A DNA stretch of 61,440 nucleotides, filler included, from Aduncisulcus paluster (taxonomy: Eukaryota), in assembly GCA_024181965.1 (NCBI GenBank). It is 5 parts of 5 records of this genome, joined end to end, with 100 filler letters (N's around TTAATTAATTAA, not from the genome) between each part and the next. Parts side by side here need not be neighbours in the genome. Positions count along the whole stretch, not along the records: positions 1 to 16,316 come from BQXS01013845.1; positions 16,417 to 38,283 come from BQXS01013847.1; 3 more parts are not named here. The stretch is one strand, 5' to 3'. The notes beneath the pieces were generated by a model. That model was not told where the DNA came from. It searched no databases and saw only the letters and a program-made list of their open reading frames with translations. Made by a program: the position numbers and the translations under genes. Every line of letters starts with the position of its first letter. Position 1 is the first letter of the stretch. This document shows positions 9,772-21,640 of the stretch, in pieces.

Positions 9772-12700
9772 ATGGAAGCCCCATCATCTTCACATGACAG
9801 CTCATTAATTTCTCTGCGAGCTTTGAAGAGTTCCAATTCATTCTTGGGAGCTTTCGAGAGAGCTATGTTTACGATTCAGGCTTCACAAGATAGCCGTTTT
9901 TTCACTAAAATTCGCAGTTTTTTGTTTGGATTTAGCTTTTTTATAACTTCATATCTCCTGTTTCTCTTTAGTTTCCCTGTCGGAACTTCATTAGACGATG
10001 ATGGAGATTGGAAGTCTCTTGTCCTATTATTTCGTCATTTACGGTTAGATTTCGTGAGCGAAAATGTTCTTTATACGACGATTTTCCCATCAATTAGCTT
10101 ATTTTTATTTATTATAATTTTTTTCCTTACTCTTCATGTTGCTCGATATTTAAAGCAAGGAAAGCATGTTGCTGAACCAACCTTATGTTTCACATATTTT
10201 TTATATTATTTAGTGTATGATATTTTATTTATGCCGACTATTTCAAGTTGTGCCCAGTGTTTTGCTCATTCAGAGTTTTTTGACAGTGTGTCTTCCGATG
10301 AAACGATCAATATCGGATTAACATTATCTCTTCCAATCATTTGTTTCCTTTTGATCTCAACATCTTCCATTATTAGAGCCACATTTTATTTTACTCCGAC
10401 TTTATTCGACGATCAAATAATTTTTTCCACCATTCGCGCCGATTTTCGCATTCCGACGATTGGAAATATTGTATGTGCGTTGTCAACAGGCATTTCTATT
10501 GCGTGGATTGGACCTCTTGTTGTTGCTCTCAATATGGTTGCCCAATTCCTGTTTTTCAGCTCTTGTATATTCAACCGGAAATATATTGATGCTATATTTG
10601 CCGGAATAACGGGATATATATTCGGAACGGCTCTGACAGTAGGATCTATGTCCACTTTTGCTTCTGATCCCATTTCATTGTCAGAAAATGCACATTCTGC
10701 CCGCTTAACCCTTCCATTTGTCACTGGTATCCTCCCAGCCGTGTTATGTGCTCTTTTCATCCTTACTCATAGATCAAAGAGTGTAAAACAGCGTGTCTCT
10801 GAAGCCCTTGTAATTGAGGCAATAATGCGGAAAGCCGCGATTGGCCCCGAGAGTGTCAGTCATAGTTCTAGTACGACCAGCATGACAAGCAGCGTTGGAG
10901 ACATCTTTGATGCTGCTGTTGGGAGTGATCAGTCTGAGAACGCCCTTATCCAGACCAGTCATAGTAGCAGTCAGAGTCACAGTAACAGTCAGAGTCAGGA
11001 AAGGCCATATGCTGGGTTTGATCGGTTGATTAAAGGAGAATCAAAAGAGGAAGAAGAGACAGCTGGAGTAATATCAGAGCATGGCACTGTGACCCGTGTG
11101 GAAGCCTCTCTAGTTGTTCCTTCTCTCTTTACTTCTTCCGTCAATGAATCTTCATCTCAACAATCGCACCCTCAACATAGCTATAGTCATAGTGATCATA
11201 AAGGACACATTGGACACATTGGACATACTTCTCATACTTCTCATACTTCTAAAAATGGGTTACATGATACTCCCCATGGAATTGAATCGAACTATTCTAA
11301 CCTCTCTGCTCCTTCCTTCAATTCACTGACGATCTCTTCCTTCCTGTTGTGTATAAGACAGATGCTGGAAGAGATAAGACGACGGGTTCGAGAAGAAGAA
11401 GAGGAGTTTAAGATCAATCCATCGGGGTCAATCCCTCAAATATCACATTTCTACCTTCCTTCTTTCACTGTGGAGAAGAGAAAACCTAAGGAATACCCTG
11501 ATTTTGTGGAAAAGAACAAAGCCAGGAAACAACGTAGGAAACAGAGGAAGAAAGAGGAAAAGATTCGTGAAAAGATCAGAAATAAGAATAGGAAAGAACA
11601 GCTAAAAAGAGCTGGAGTGACTGAATTAAAAGTTCTAAAAAGAGCTAGCGGAGACAGTGAAGTTGGAATCGGTACATTCGGTGAAGATGATCTTGAAGAT
11701 GAATATGGTCTCACAAGCAGAACCGAGGCTAGTTCAGGAGATATTAGTCCCAATAAGGATTCCATTGTGACTCCTAAGGATTCCATTGTGACTCCTAAGG
11801 ATTCCATAATGAGTCCTAAAGACTCGGTAGTGAGTCCCAAAGACTCGGTCATAGATACTCCTCATCAAGACCTTGGGGAAGAAAGCAAGGATAAAGAGGA
11901 GGATAAAGATGCAGATAAAGAGGAAGGCAAAGAAGCAGAAGCATCTGAAGCTCTGAAGGATTCACAAGATATTCTCGTCACAATCCCACCCACTGCAGAT
12001 AAGTTCAAGCTTTCAATTGGACGTATGCTTGAGAAACACGTGTCAAGTGATGGTAAAAGTAACAATAATGACCATGTAATGATATCTACAGCCCCTGTCT
12101 TCAATACTAAACAATATTCAAGTGGGACATCTGACACTACGTATCTTCGATTGCCAGATGTTGTGGCCAAGAGTAATCCAGCCAAAACAGGTACTGGAAA
12201 TGGGGTAAAATCATCCTCTTCTGGAACTGGTCTGTTTGACTATCGCTCTACTGAATATGGTGCCTCTGAGTCTGAGTCTGACTCTGATATTTCATATCTT
12301 CACCCAATCGCCCATCTTTCAGCCAACTATATGCCCATTCAAATGCCTATGTCTCATCTCAAACGAGATCTTCAACCATGTGAGCAACTCTCATCTCACA
12401 TTAAGTATTCGTTGCACCATGGCTCACTCAGATACCTTGTTCGCAGTGTGTTTGTGCTCATCGAGTATGCAATTATGGCTTTCCCGACAAGTCCACTCCC
12501 AATAATGGTATATGCTTTGTTTTCCTCTTCTTTCTTCCCTTCATCCTCTGTGCATGCCTTCAAAGCTCTCTCCAATTTCACTTCTTCCCCGTCTATTTCC
12601 TTCCGATATATTCTGTTTATTGTAAATAGGATGAATGCGACAAAAAGAGAAGAGAAGACTAACAGAGGTAATGTTCAGCAACAATTGGTCTTGAGAAGGG

Positions 12701-15700
12701 CACATTCTTTGGCTTCTCAACAGAGCCATCAAAGTCTGGAAAGCCTTGAAATGTTCTTCAAGCAATTGGTTCGGTTGCAAAAAAAGAGAGAAAAAGAAGA
12801 AGCTGAACGAAAAGAAGACGAGAAACGAAAGCAAGCGAGGTTATGTCAGAAAAAGAAGGAAGAACTTCGAAAGAAACAAAGAGAAATCGAAAAGAAAGAG
12901 AAACTAAAAGAAAAGAAAAAGGAAAAGAAAAAGGAAAAGAAAAAACAAGGCAAGCAAGCAAAGAAAGAACATTCACAGAAATCCAAAGGATTATCTGTTT
13001 CTCAAGCTGTTTCTCAAGCTGTTTCTCAAGATGTTTCTCAAGAGAAGGAAGAGGATAAGAAGACCAAGAAGGATAAGAAGACCAAGAAGGAAGAGAAGGA
13101 AGAGAAGGAAGAGAAAGTAGATAAGAATGAAGAAGAAGATGTTATTGAGACACTTGTTCCCTTTGTTCCCTCAAGAATACATCCTATACTTCCAAATGAT
13201 GATACAATAGATATTGATATTGATGGAAATGCAGACAAAAAGCAGAAAGATGAGGATGAGAAGGAAAGTGATGTTCAAGAGAAAGAAAGAGAAGAAAGAG
13301 ATAGCCTTGATCATGAAACGTCTGTTAAAACCACTTCGAGCAAACATGATGTCAAGGATATCAAGGATATAAGAGATATCAAGGATAATTCTATTGACGA
13401 TGATGATATCATACCATTGACAGGTTCCTCAGATATATCAAGGATAATAGCTCAATCGACATCACATCCACACCAAGAAATAGGTATCACCCAAGCAGAC
13501 AAAGGCTGTGAACATGGACAAACAGAAGGCCAATTACCTAGAATTGAAGCAATTACATCTCCTGTGTCACTGATATCCTCGAATAAGAGTGACATTTCAT
13601 CTGAAGCCTCAGAGCCTCTTCCTTTCAAGGAGTTTGAGAGTAGCCTGAGCGATGGAAACTTCACTCATAATACACGAACGTTCACTGCAGTGTCAGCTGT
13701 GAGTTCCTCCGAGATTGATTCCGGTTATGAGTCTACTGATGTTTTTGGTAGTTCTGAGGAACACGAAGGGCATCCACAATCACAATTATTTTCTAATCCT
13801 GATGATGGACATCCAATAGATGAGTCTGGAGATATTCATTCACATGCTACTGGGGTCTCTCTCTCTGAACAGAGACCACACCGTCAGTCCAAGACACCTC
13901 TAATAGTCCTAATTGATAAGGATGAAGCAAAAGAAGGAGAAGGAGATAGAGATTTACTACGATTTGATGCTGAGATATTGGCAGATCTCGATAGCAGTAG
14001 TTCAAAGAGCAATTCTTCCCTCGTGGTAAAGAAGAGTAGTCACATACCTCAACATTCTCATCTTCCTCCGTCTCCTTTGATTACTCAGAGTATAGTAGTC
14101 AGGTCTGCCGATGAACATCCGACAATCGATGTATCTGGCGATTTCTCTAAGTTGCCCATTTCATCTCAAATTGATACAAATACGAGAGAAAGGGAACTGG
14201 ACGTGAGAGAAAGGGAAGTGGACGTGAGAGAAAGGGAAGTGGACGTGAGAGAAGAAGAGCTTGTTGAACATGTGGAAGGGATGGGTGTTTGTTTAGATGC
14301 GAGTGAAGATCATCACCCTTATATTCATCCCGATCTTGTTCAGATTAGTCAGAATGAGAGTGAGATCGTCAGTGAGATCAAAGACAGTGAGTCGAGAGAT
14401 GCATATAGAGACCAGATCAAAGGCAATGATGATGCTGATAATTCTGATAATGTTGTTGAGCCTACTGTGAAAGAGGATATTGCTGCCTTGCACGATTTAT
14501 CCATCATTTCAAACCCACTCATTAGCAGTGATACCAGTCTTGATATGTTCCTTCCGAAGTCACAGCGAGCAGGTCGTGATTCCATGAATGTTCAGAGTAG
14601 ATTCACAATATTCGATGAGGTTGAATGCGACGAGGAAGAAGAGGAAGAGGAAGCCGATGATGAAATCCATTCTGTTAATGCTTCTTCGCTCTCTCTCCTA
14701 TCTTCCCCACTCCACTCTCTCTACAACAGTGTTTACAGTGCAGAGACATCATTCTCTATCCTTTTGCAGCATGCCACACCCAAATATGTCCGTGAATATG
14801 CTTCTTTTATCCATATATTACTCGGTGACACTTCCGCCAGCGATTATTACATTACCATCGCTGATGAAATGGAACAAAATCGTATCCAAGATATTACTGT
14901 GCGAACAGTCGGTCTGTGTGGAGTTCGAGTTCGAGGCAAGAGAGGAGAGGAGGAGATTGAATCTAGCATTCAGTCCACCCTTAATAACATCTCCATGAGT
15001 AATAATGATAAGGATATAAAGGGAATTGTATGTACCATCATGGTCGTAGCTCTCATCTTAACCCTGATTGTCTCCTCTTCTTTCTATTTCCTTATTGTAT
15101 ATCCTAAGTCTGTGATCAACTCAAATTCAGTTCAAGCTGTTCAAGAAGTGGTTGCTTCTTTGCATGCTCTTCAAATTGCTAATTTCGTATCGTCTGAGTT
15201 CATGCTACTTCCTTATTCACAAGATTCTCATTCTATTTTTGGATTTGGAGTTACTTTGTATCATATGATGACCATGATTGTAGGAGAGCAACAAAAGACA
15301 GAAGGAGAGAATTATTATGATATAATCAACGAAAACATCCGGTTCCAAATCCAACAGTCAGATCTAGAGGATATTTTTAATTATATTCCAGACCATTCAT
15401 TCGATTCCCCTCGTCTCTCCTTCTCTTCTCCTCTTGGTATTCTGAAAACAGACACTACATCCAGTACATCAACAATTACCACACCATATGCCATATCCAC
15501 TGATCTTCTGCTGCTTCGTATAGGTCAGGAAGCAAGACGTCTTGGTGCATGTGGTAATGATGAGGTCTGGACAGACGTAGAGGGATATCTTTCTTCTCCT
15601 GCTCTCCCTCTGCATGCTCCTTCTACATTGAACACGGCTGCTCCCTTTGATTTTTTCCCAGATATTGTCACAAACTGGCATTCAAAAGGATGTTCGTGGT

Positions 15701-16316
15701 CTGCGTTGGATATCATTTCAGCTCACACTGCTTTCAGGGAGATGTATTCAGGTTATTCTGATCTCATCAACGATAAGATGGAGTTTATATTCAAGACAGA
15801 ATCACATCGAATGTCCTTGATATACTCCGCAATCGTTGCCCAAGTTGTTATTTTGTGTGGATTTATAGTCGATCTTGCTCTTTTCCAACCTGTAACAAAA
15901 CAATTGCACTCATCCTTGGCTGGGTTGACGAATTTAAAGCTTTCTTTCACAAAAAATATCCATTCATTTGTTAAAAAGAACCTTAAACGGACAAAACTTC
16001 GCAACAAGGGAGAAGAAGGGATCAAATCAAGGATATTTTTAGATTTCGATGGAGAAAGTAGCAATGTCAGTGGGAATTCCTTCAATCTCGAGAAAGAAAG
16101 AGGAGGAAGAGGAGGAAGAGGAGGAGGAGCTCTTCGTAATGGATTGCAAATAGAGGAAGAAGCAAAAGATCAAGAAATGATAGATGATGAAGCGTTCTTT
16201 AAGAGTTTCATGAATGGCACTGATGATTCCGAATCAGATGATCAAGAATCAGAGTCTGATCGATCAGAATCAGAAGAAGAGAAGGAAAAATCTACTCTAT
16301 TGGGAATTCTTGCCAG
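9772..16316 (+). CDS. Very large multi-pass membrane protein, TmcB/TmcC-like architecture, 3' truncated by contig end
   Basis: About 8-9 N-terminal hydrophobic helices. TPR-like segments (AIMAFPTSPLPIMVYALF; YVREYASFIHILLGD...ADEME) are split by long acidic/Lys-rich inserts. A TM-ectodomain-TM unit follows. Family assignment is by motif recall. Confidence 0.7.
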
Positions 16317-16416
16317 NNNNNNNNNNNNNNNNNNNNNNNNNNNNNNNNNNNNNNNNNNNNTTAATTAATTAANNNNNNNNNNNNNNNNNNNNNNNNNNNN
16401 NNNNNNNNNNNNNNNN
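16317..16416. other. Artificial contig linker
   Basis: N44-TTAATTAATTAA-N44 six-frame stop linker. Confidence 0.98.
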
Positions 16417-18945
16417 CTTGGTAGCGTCATCAGTGACAATATCATCATGATCAGATGTAGAATCACTACTATCTCTCTGGGGCTGAAACTCTTTGAGAAA
16501 TTTGAGCTCTTTCTCTTCGTCATCAATCCGCTGTCTTTCACGATTGGCATATGTCCTCATACACAAATCAAGCTCATTCGAAACCTTCTCAGAACTAAAA
16601 ATAGAAATACATTGTCTGATTGCGCTTGTTATACTTCTTCCATCGAGCATGAGGTAATCACACGATATTATCACAGCACAAGGAGTGGAGAGAGAAAGAG
16701 AAGAGGAAGGAATCGGTTGCAAGGTTCTTGACGTCTCAGGCAATCCAATAGTGGAAGTAGAGGTAATATCATGACCAGAAGCCTTGAGGGAGGCCACGAA
16801 TGAACCTGACGAATTCAAAGAAGTACCAGAGATGGAAGTGGCGGATGAAGAGAAAGCCAATGGATGTCTTACATGTGAACCTGACTTCGAATGCTGTTCA
16901 GGATGCCCAATCTCAACTTTCGAGAAAGAAGATGAAGAGGCGGACGATGTCATGTCACCTACCATCCTTCCACGTTCTTCCTGAGTACTTGTGGGAATGG
17001 CAGAACAGTATACCGCAGCCTTTCTCAATTCTCCATTGGGTTTAATGTGTAGTTTATGGCGCAATTCACTCTCAGAATTCACATCGGGAAGCACAAGAGG
17101 CGAATGTGTCAGCAAGGAGGCAGAAGTTGAGAGGAAAGCACATCGAGCAGAAGTAGCTGTACTCTGAGAGTGAGACATTGACAAGGAAGTAGATTGGGAA
17201 GTAGAGAGAGAAGAGGTAGCTCCAGACATGCGTTTAAGCTTCAAGGAGGTCCCATCATCAATCCTTCCATTGAGATTCACATCTCCCCGAACAATATAGG
17301 ATGCACACCACCATTTCTTCCCATATTCATTGCTCCCAGCCCTTGTATCGCCATCGCTATTCGTATTTCCAGGCTCCTCGAGGAACACAGGAGAACCAAT
17401 CGGCTGAGTAGACGGCTGGGCGATGGAAGAGGCAAGCATGGATGGGTATGAAGATAGAGTGGATCTACATTGTTCAAGTTCATAGTTAAGGTTACTAACA
17501 TGTTCTACACAACTTTGAACGGCTTTATCAAGGGTGTCAAGCACCAACCGCCTCTTGATAACCTTTGCAGATACAAATGGGGCATGAGAGATGGAGTACT
17601 GTCTCGTGGCTCTGCTTGATGGCATCACATGGATCGGTATTTTCCGTTTAATCATATCAAGGGGGCTGGAAGCAAGAGCAAACAAGCAAGCACGATGGAA
17701 TGAATGGTTACTGTCATCGACAGGGACAAACTCTTCAAAATTGACATCAAGGGACCTCGGTGGACTCTGAGGGTCTCCGATATATGACATGGATGGCTCA
17801 ACAGAGGGTGAAGCAGGCATAATCCTCCCAGATCCAAATGAATACCGACTATTACTGCCTCCGGTGATACTAGCTGTGGTCGCAGAAGAGACTCCTCCAT
17901 GAATTCCATCTCTTGGAGTACCTATCTGAAGTGGACCTGACGCCGGGTGGATGTGAGTGAAAGGATGGAGAGATTTAGATTTCTTTGAAGAAGACAAGGG
18001 AGTGGATGTTCGCACGAGAGAAGCTGATGAAGGATGGGACTTGATGATTGGAGTGCTTCCAGGGACAAACGAGACATTACTATGTTTTGTTGCCATCATA
18101 GCAGCAATGGATACCTTCTTACCTCGTTCCATATCCTTTTTTTGCTGTAAATGGGTGGAATATAATTGATTGGGTGATTTTGAAGCACTTGAACGGAGAA
18201 GATTGGCTACGGAGGGAGTAGCTTTGAGGGATCGACCAGGAAGAGCCGAAACTCCATCATGACTACTTGATAACCTAGATCTTTTGCGCCTCCTGTCATC
18301 ACGTTTCGAACCCTCATCTTCCCCTTCTCTCATCCAATTCAACAAAACTTTCTCTCCACACTTTCCAGCACTTCGGAGAATCAAAGCAGTTTGCAAAGGG
18401 GTAATTGAAGGATGAGAACACAATGCTGGAATAAATGGAAGCACAATTGCGGCAGCTTCTTCACCGAGACGACTCAGAGCATCAGCAGCATGTTGAGCTG
18501 TCTGAGCATGGGAAGATAAGGATGCTTCAATAAGAGTTGGGACAACAACATTGTTAACTATGGGAGAAAGATTGGCCAAAAAGGATAGAATGAAAGAAGA
18601 CAAATCATCAGAATATTGATGTGTGATATCATCTTCATCAGCAGTAACATCAAGTAAAAGATGAATACCACGTGCGCCTGCAACAGTAATAATGGTAATA
18701 CATGCCAATCTACGCAGAGTTCGGAGATGTGAACTCTTCAATATCTGGAAAAATATGGGGAGAAGAGAGGACATCTCTAAGTTCAATTCACACACTAAAA
18801 GAAGTATTTCTCTTGTGATAACAGTTGGCAGCTCTTCTGCATGATTTAAAATGGTAGAAATCTCCATTTTTAATGATATTTCATCTATTTCATCCAATTG
18901 TAAAATTTCTTTAATATTATTGAAATGGACATCGTAAGAAAACAT
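16417..18945 (-). CDS. HEAT-repeat-containing hypothetical protein, 3' truncated
   Basis: Long ORF with HEAT-like N-terminal helices (VVPTLIEASLS...AQHAADALSRLGEEA) and a Ser-rich disordered remainder running into the linker. Confidence 0.7.
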
Positions 18946-19141
18946 TTGATTATATATTCTTATTATGTTCTAAAAGTACATTACAAGCCAAACTGCCAGT
19001 TTGATCTTCAGTGAAGATCTGATTTCTGAGCTGGAAATCCTTTAAATTTGGGAGTAATTAGAAATAGATTCAATATTTTATTCTTAGAAAATTCGTTTTA
19101 TTGAATAAAAATAGCAAAATAGAAATATCATCGCCGGATTG

Positions 19142-21631
19142 ATGGTTTTGGAGCTCATAATGTTCAGTGATATTACTTATGGAAAGTTAATATCAGAAGA
19201 AAGATCAAATCGTGCCGCTATATCCTTTTTAAAGGCTTGGGATTATAGATTAAAAGGATTCATACCTCCAGCTCTCAGAACATATAGAAAATATCAATTA
19301 TTAAGAAATACAATGTCTAAATCATATGGAAATTCGAATAGAGAAGAAAATGCTGCAAAATATAATCCATGGCGTGGTGGAGCTTATACTGCAGCTGGAA
19401 GGGAATTTACGAATTGTGGATGGCCTACAAGGGGAATTATTATATTATCCGGTCCACCAGGCTCAGGTAAAACTACATTAGCTCATGTTGCTGCGCGACA
19501 TTGTGGATATTGCCCCATTGAGATAAATGCCAGTGAAGATCGTAGTTTCTCAGCATTGAATGAGAAAATGGATCGTTTCTTTAGTGGATCTGAATTATCC
19601 TTTGGGTCTTCATTATCAAAAGGATCCACTCAAGCATTACCCAGAGTTCTTGTTCTGGAAGAAATTGATGGTGTTGATGTCTCTGCCGTAACAGGGGTGT
19701 TATTAAATTATGCTAAATATGGATATAGAAAGCGAGCAATGCGCCAGAAAAAGCTTCGTGAGAAACAACAACAAGATGAGGCCAAAGGTCGTAAATCCAA
19801 GCCCTCTCGTCAAAAAGGGATAACAGAAGAGGATGACCGCCCCTATCAACACGATAGACCGATAATATGCACAGCCAATGACCTTTCATCAGCTGCAATG
19901 AGACGTTTGGCCCCTTATGCTTATACTATCCGAGTTGAAGCAGATCTCTCTGCTGTCGAGGATAGGATATTAGAAATAGCCCATTCCAATCATTGTGAAA
20001 TCAATCGTACAGCGCTAAGAGAGGCTGTTCGTATTTCTGGAGGAGATATCCGTGCTCTCAAGAATAGTCTTCGCATTGAAATCGAACTAGCCAAGGAATC
20101 TGCACTGAAATACAGCTCAACATATGCCATTGAAGTCAAAAAACACGGCCATCCGCTGAAACCCCTCTTAATATCTTCCCTTCCACTCGATCTGTCCACC
20201 GTGACTTCCGCCAGTGTTAATGAAGGAATTGGTGCGGAATCTATGGAATTTGTGACTGATTCGGTCGAAAGAATTATTCAACGTCGTCCTTTGCTCTGTG
20301 ATATGGATGCGAAAGCTGAACAAGTTAATCTAGATAGAATATTGACATGCCATGAACTCATCACGACATCCTCACGTCTTGGCACTGAATATACCTCCCA
20401 CATCAATTCCACAATGTGGCATTTTGCTCCGGCGCTCCATTTTGCCAATCATCAAGGGAAAGCTCTCTGTGCTGCCGAAGATGCTTTTTCCCTGGGTGAC
20501 TCTCTTCGATCATTTACGGGATCCATTGCCATCGGAGACGGTGGGATGGATGATACGATTGGAATATCGAACAGTATCCCCCTAATGTCGTCTTTCGTCA
20601 ACCTGAGACATACTGGGCAAGTTCCTCCTGAACTGAACTATTTGGAGAGTACTGCTGTTCGGCGAGTCGTCAGGGAACGGGAGTCATCGGTCAAACAGAG
20701 TGTTATGGAGCTTCTTGGTTGCGGTGCAAGTATCAGAGATTCTGTATCATCCTCATTTGATGAACAGAAAGGTGATGGATCGAAGAAGAATTCCTCAAAG
20801 AAGGCATACAGTCGTCATACAGCCCTCAACAGATATAAACAGAAATATTTGGAGGAATTTTCATTGTCCCATGCTCCTCGGCCCCATTCCATTCGATTTT
20901 TCCCTTTCAGATCCTGTGTGATTGAGCTTCTTCCTCTGCTTCCGTCGATTGTGTGTGTCTCTCCACGTCACGGTCACTCCTCTCTTCTCTCCCTGAAGGA
21001 AAATGCCATGGTTACAAATGCAGCTGCAGCTCTTTATGGTCTGAATATCAATGTTATGTTCGGTGCCGGAGTGCTTGTTGAGGGTGGACCGTTTATCCAG
21101 CGTGTTGATGAACAGCTTAGTCCCCAGGTTGTTTTTGGTCTGAGTCCGTTTGCTTTCTCTCTCACACACCCATCTTGTTCCCTTAAGAAGAAAGAATTCA
21201 GAGGATCAACCAATTACAATGTTATGCTTGCCTCCATTGAGAAACATTTATTGCGATCGAGAAGGATAGTGAACGAAGGATCCACTTTGAGCGAGGAATT
21301 TGTCAATATGGTTAGGAAACGAATCAGACAACTTGAAGAGAAGATGCGAGCGAGCGGAGGAATGTGGACCGAGCGTATATCAGCGGCTGTGAATGGACTC
21401 CACGATGAAGTTGAGAGAGAGGCAATTGGAACAAGAGGTCTTGGGACAACCATTGGATTTGGAGGAACTCTTGCGTTGACACAACCATTCGGCCAGGCCA
21501 TTGAGGAAGAAGAGGAGAGAGAACGTCTTGGGAAATGGATTCTATTCAAATACAATGAAGGATTCACGAAGGCAGTGAAGAAACCTCTTCAGTTCATGGA
21601 ACTTTTCCCACATTTCCACACTCAAAAATAA
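19142..21631 (+). CDS. CTF18: Chromosome transmission fidelity protein 18 (RFC-like clamp loader large subunit)
   Basis: LISEERSNR...LKAWD, Walker A GPPGSGKTTLAHVAARHCGY, EINASEDRS, Walker B VLEEIDG, RPIICTAND, and the diagnostic C-terminal FKYNEGFTKAVKKP. Exact start uncertain. Confidence 0.9.
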   Translation: MVLELIMFSDITYGKLISEERSNRAAISFLKAWDYRLKGFIPPALRTYRKYQLLRNTMSKSYGNSNREENAAKYNPWRGGAYTAAGREFTNCGWPTRGIIILSGPPGSGKTTLAHVAARHCGYCPIEINASEDRSFSALNEKMDRFFSGSELSFGSSLSKGSTQALPRVLVLEEIDGVDVSAVTGVLLNYAKYGYRKRAMRQKKLREKQQQDEAKGRKSKPSRQKGITEEDDRPYQHDRPIICTANDLSSAAMRRLAPYAYTIRVEADLSAVEDRILEIAHSNHCEINRTALREAVRISGGDIRALKNSLRIEIELAKESALKYSSTYAIEVKKHGHPLKPLLISSLPLDLSTVTSASVNEGIGAESMEFVTDSVERIIQRRPLLCDMDAKAEQVNLDRILTCHELITTSSRLGTEYTSHINSTMWHFAPALHFANHQGKALCAAEDAFSLGDSLRSFTGSIAIGDGGMDDTIGISNSIPLMSSFVNLRHTGQVPPELNYLESTAVRRVVRERESSVKQSVMELLGCGASIRDSVSSSFDEQKGDGSKKNSSKKAYSRHTALNRYKQKYLEEFSLSHAPRPHSIRFFPFRSCVIELLPLLPSIVCVSPRHGHSSLLSLKENAMVTNAAAALYGLNINVMFGAGVLVEGGPFIQRVDEQLSPQVVFGLSPFAFSLTHPSCSLKKKEFRGSTNYNVMLASIEKHLLRSRRIVNEGSTLSEEFVNMVRKRIRQLEEKMRASGGMWTERISAAVNGLHDEVEREAIGTRGLGTTIGFGGTLALTQPFGQAIEEEEERERLGKWILFKYNEGFTKAVKKPLQFMELFPHFHTQK

Positions 21632-21640
21632 TAAATCCAA

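Noticed and set aside
16361..16372. TTAATTAATTAA palindrome repeated four times in the window
   Set aside because: Always centred in N runs, so it is a synthetic six-frame stop linker.
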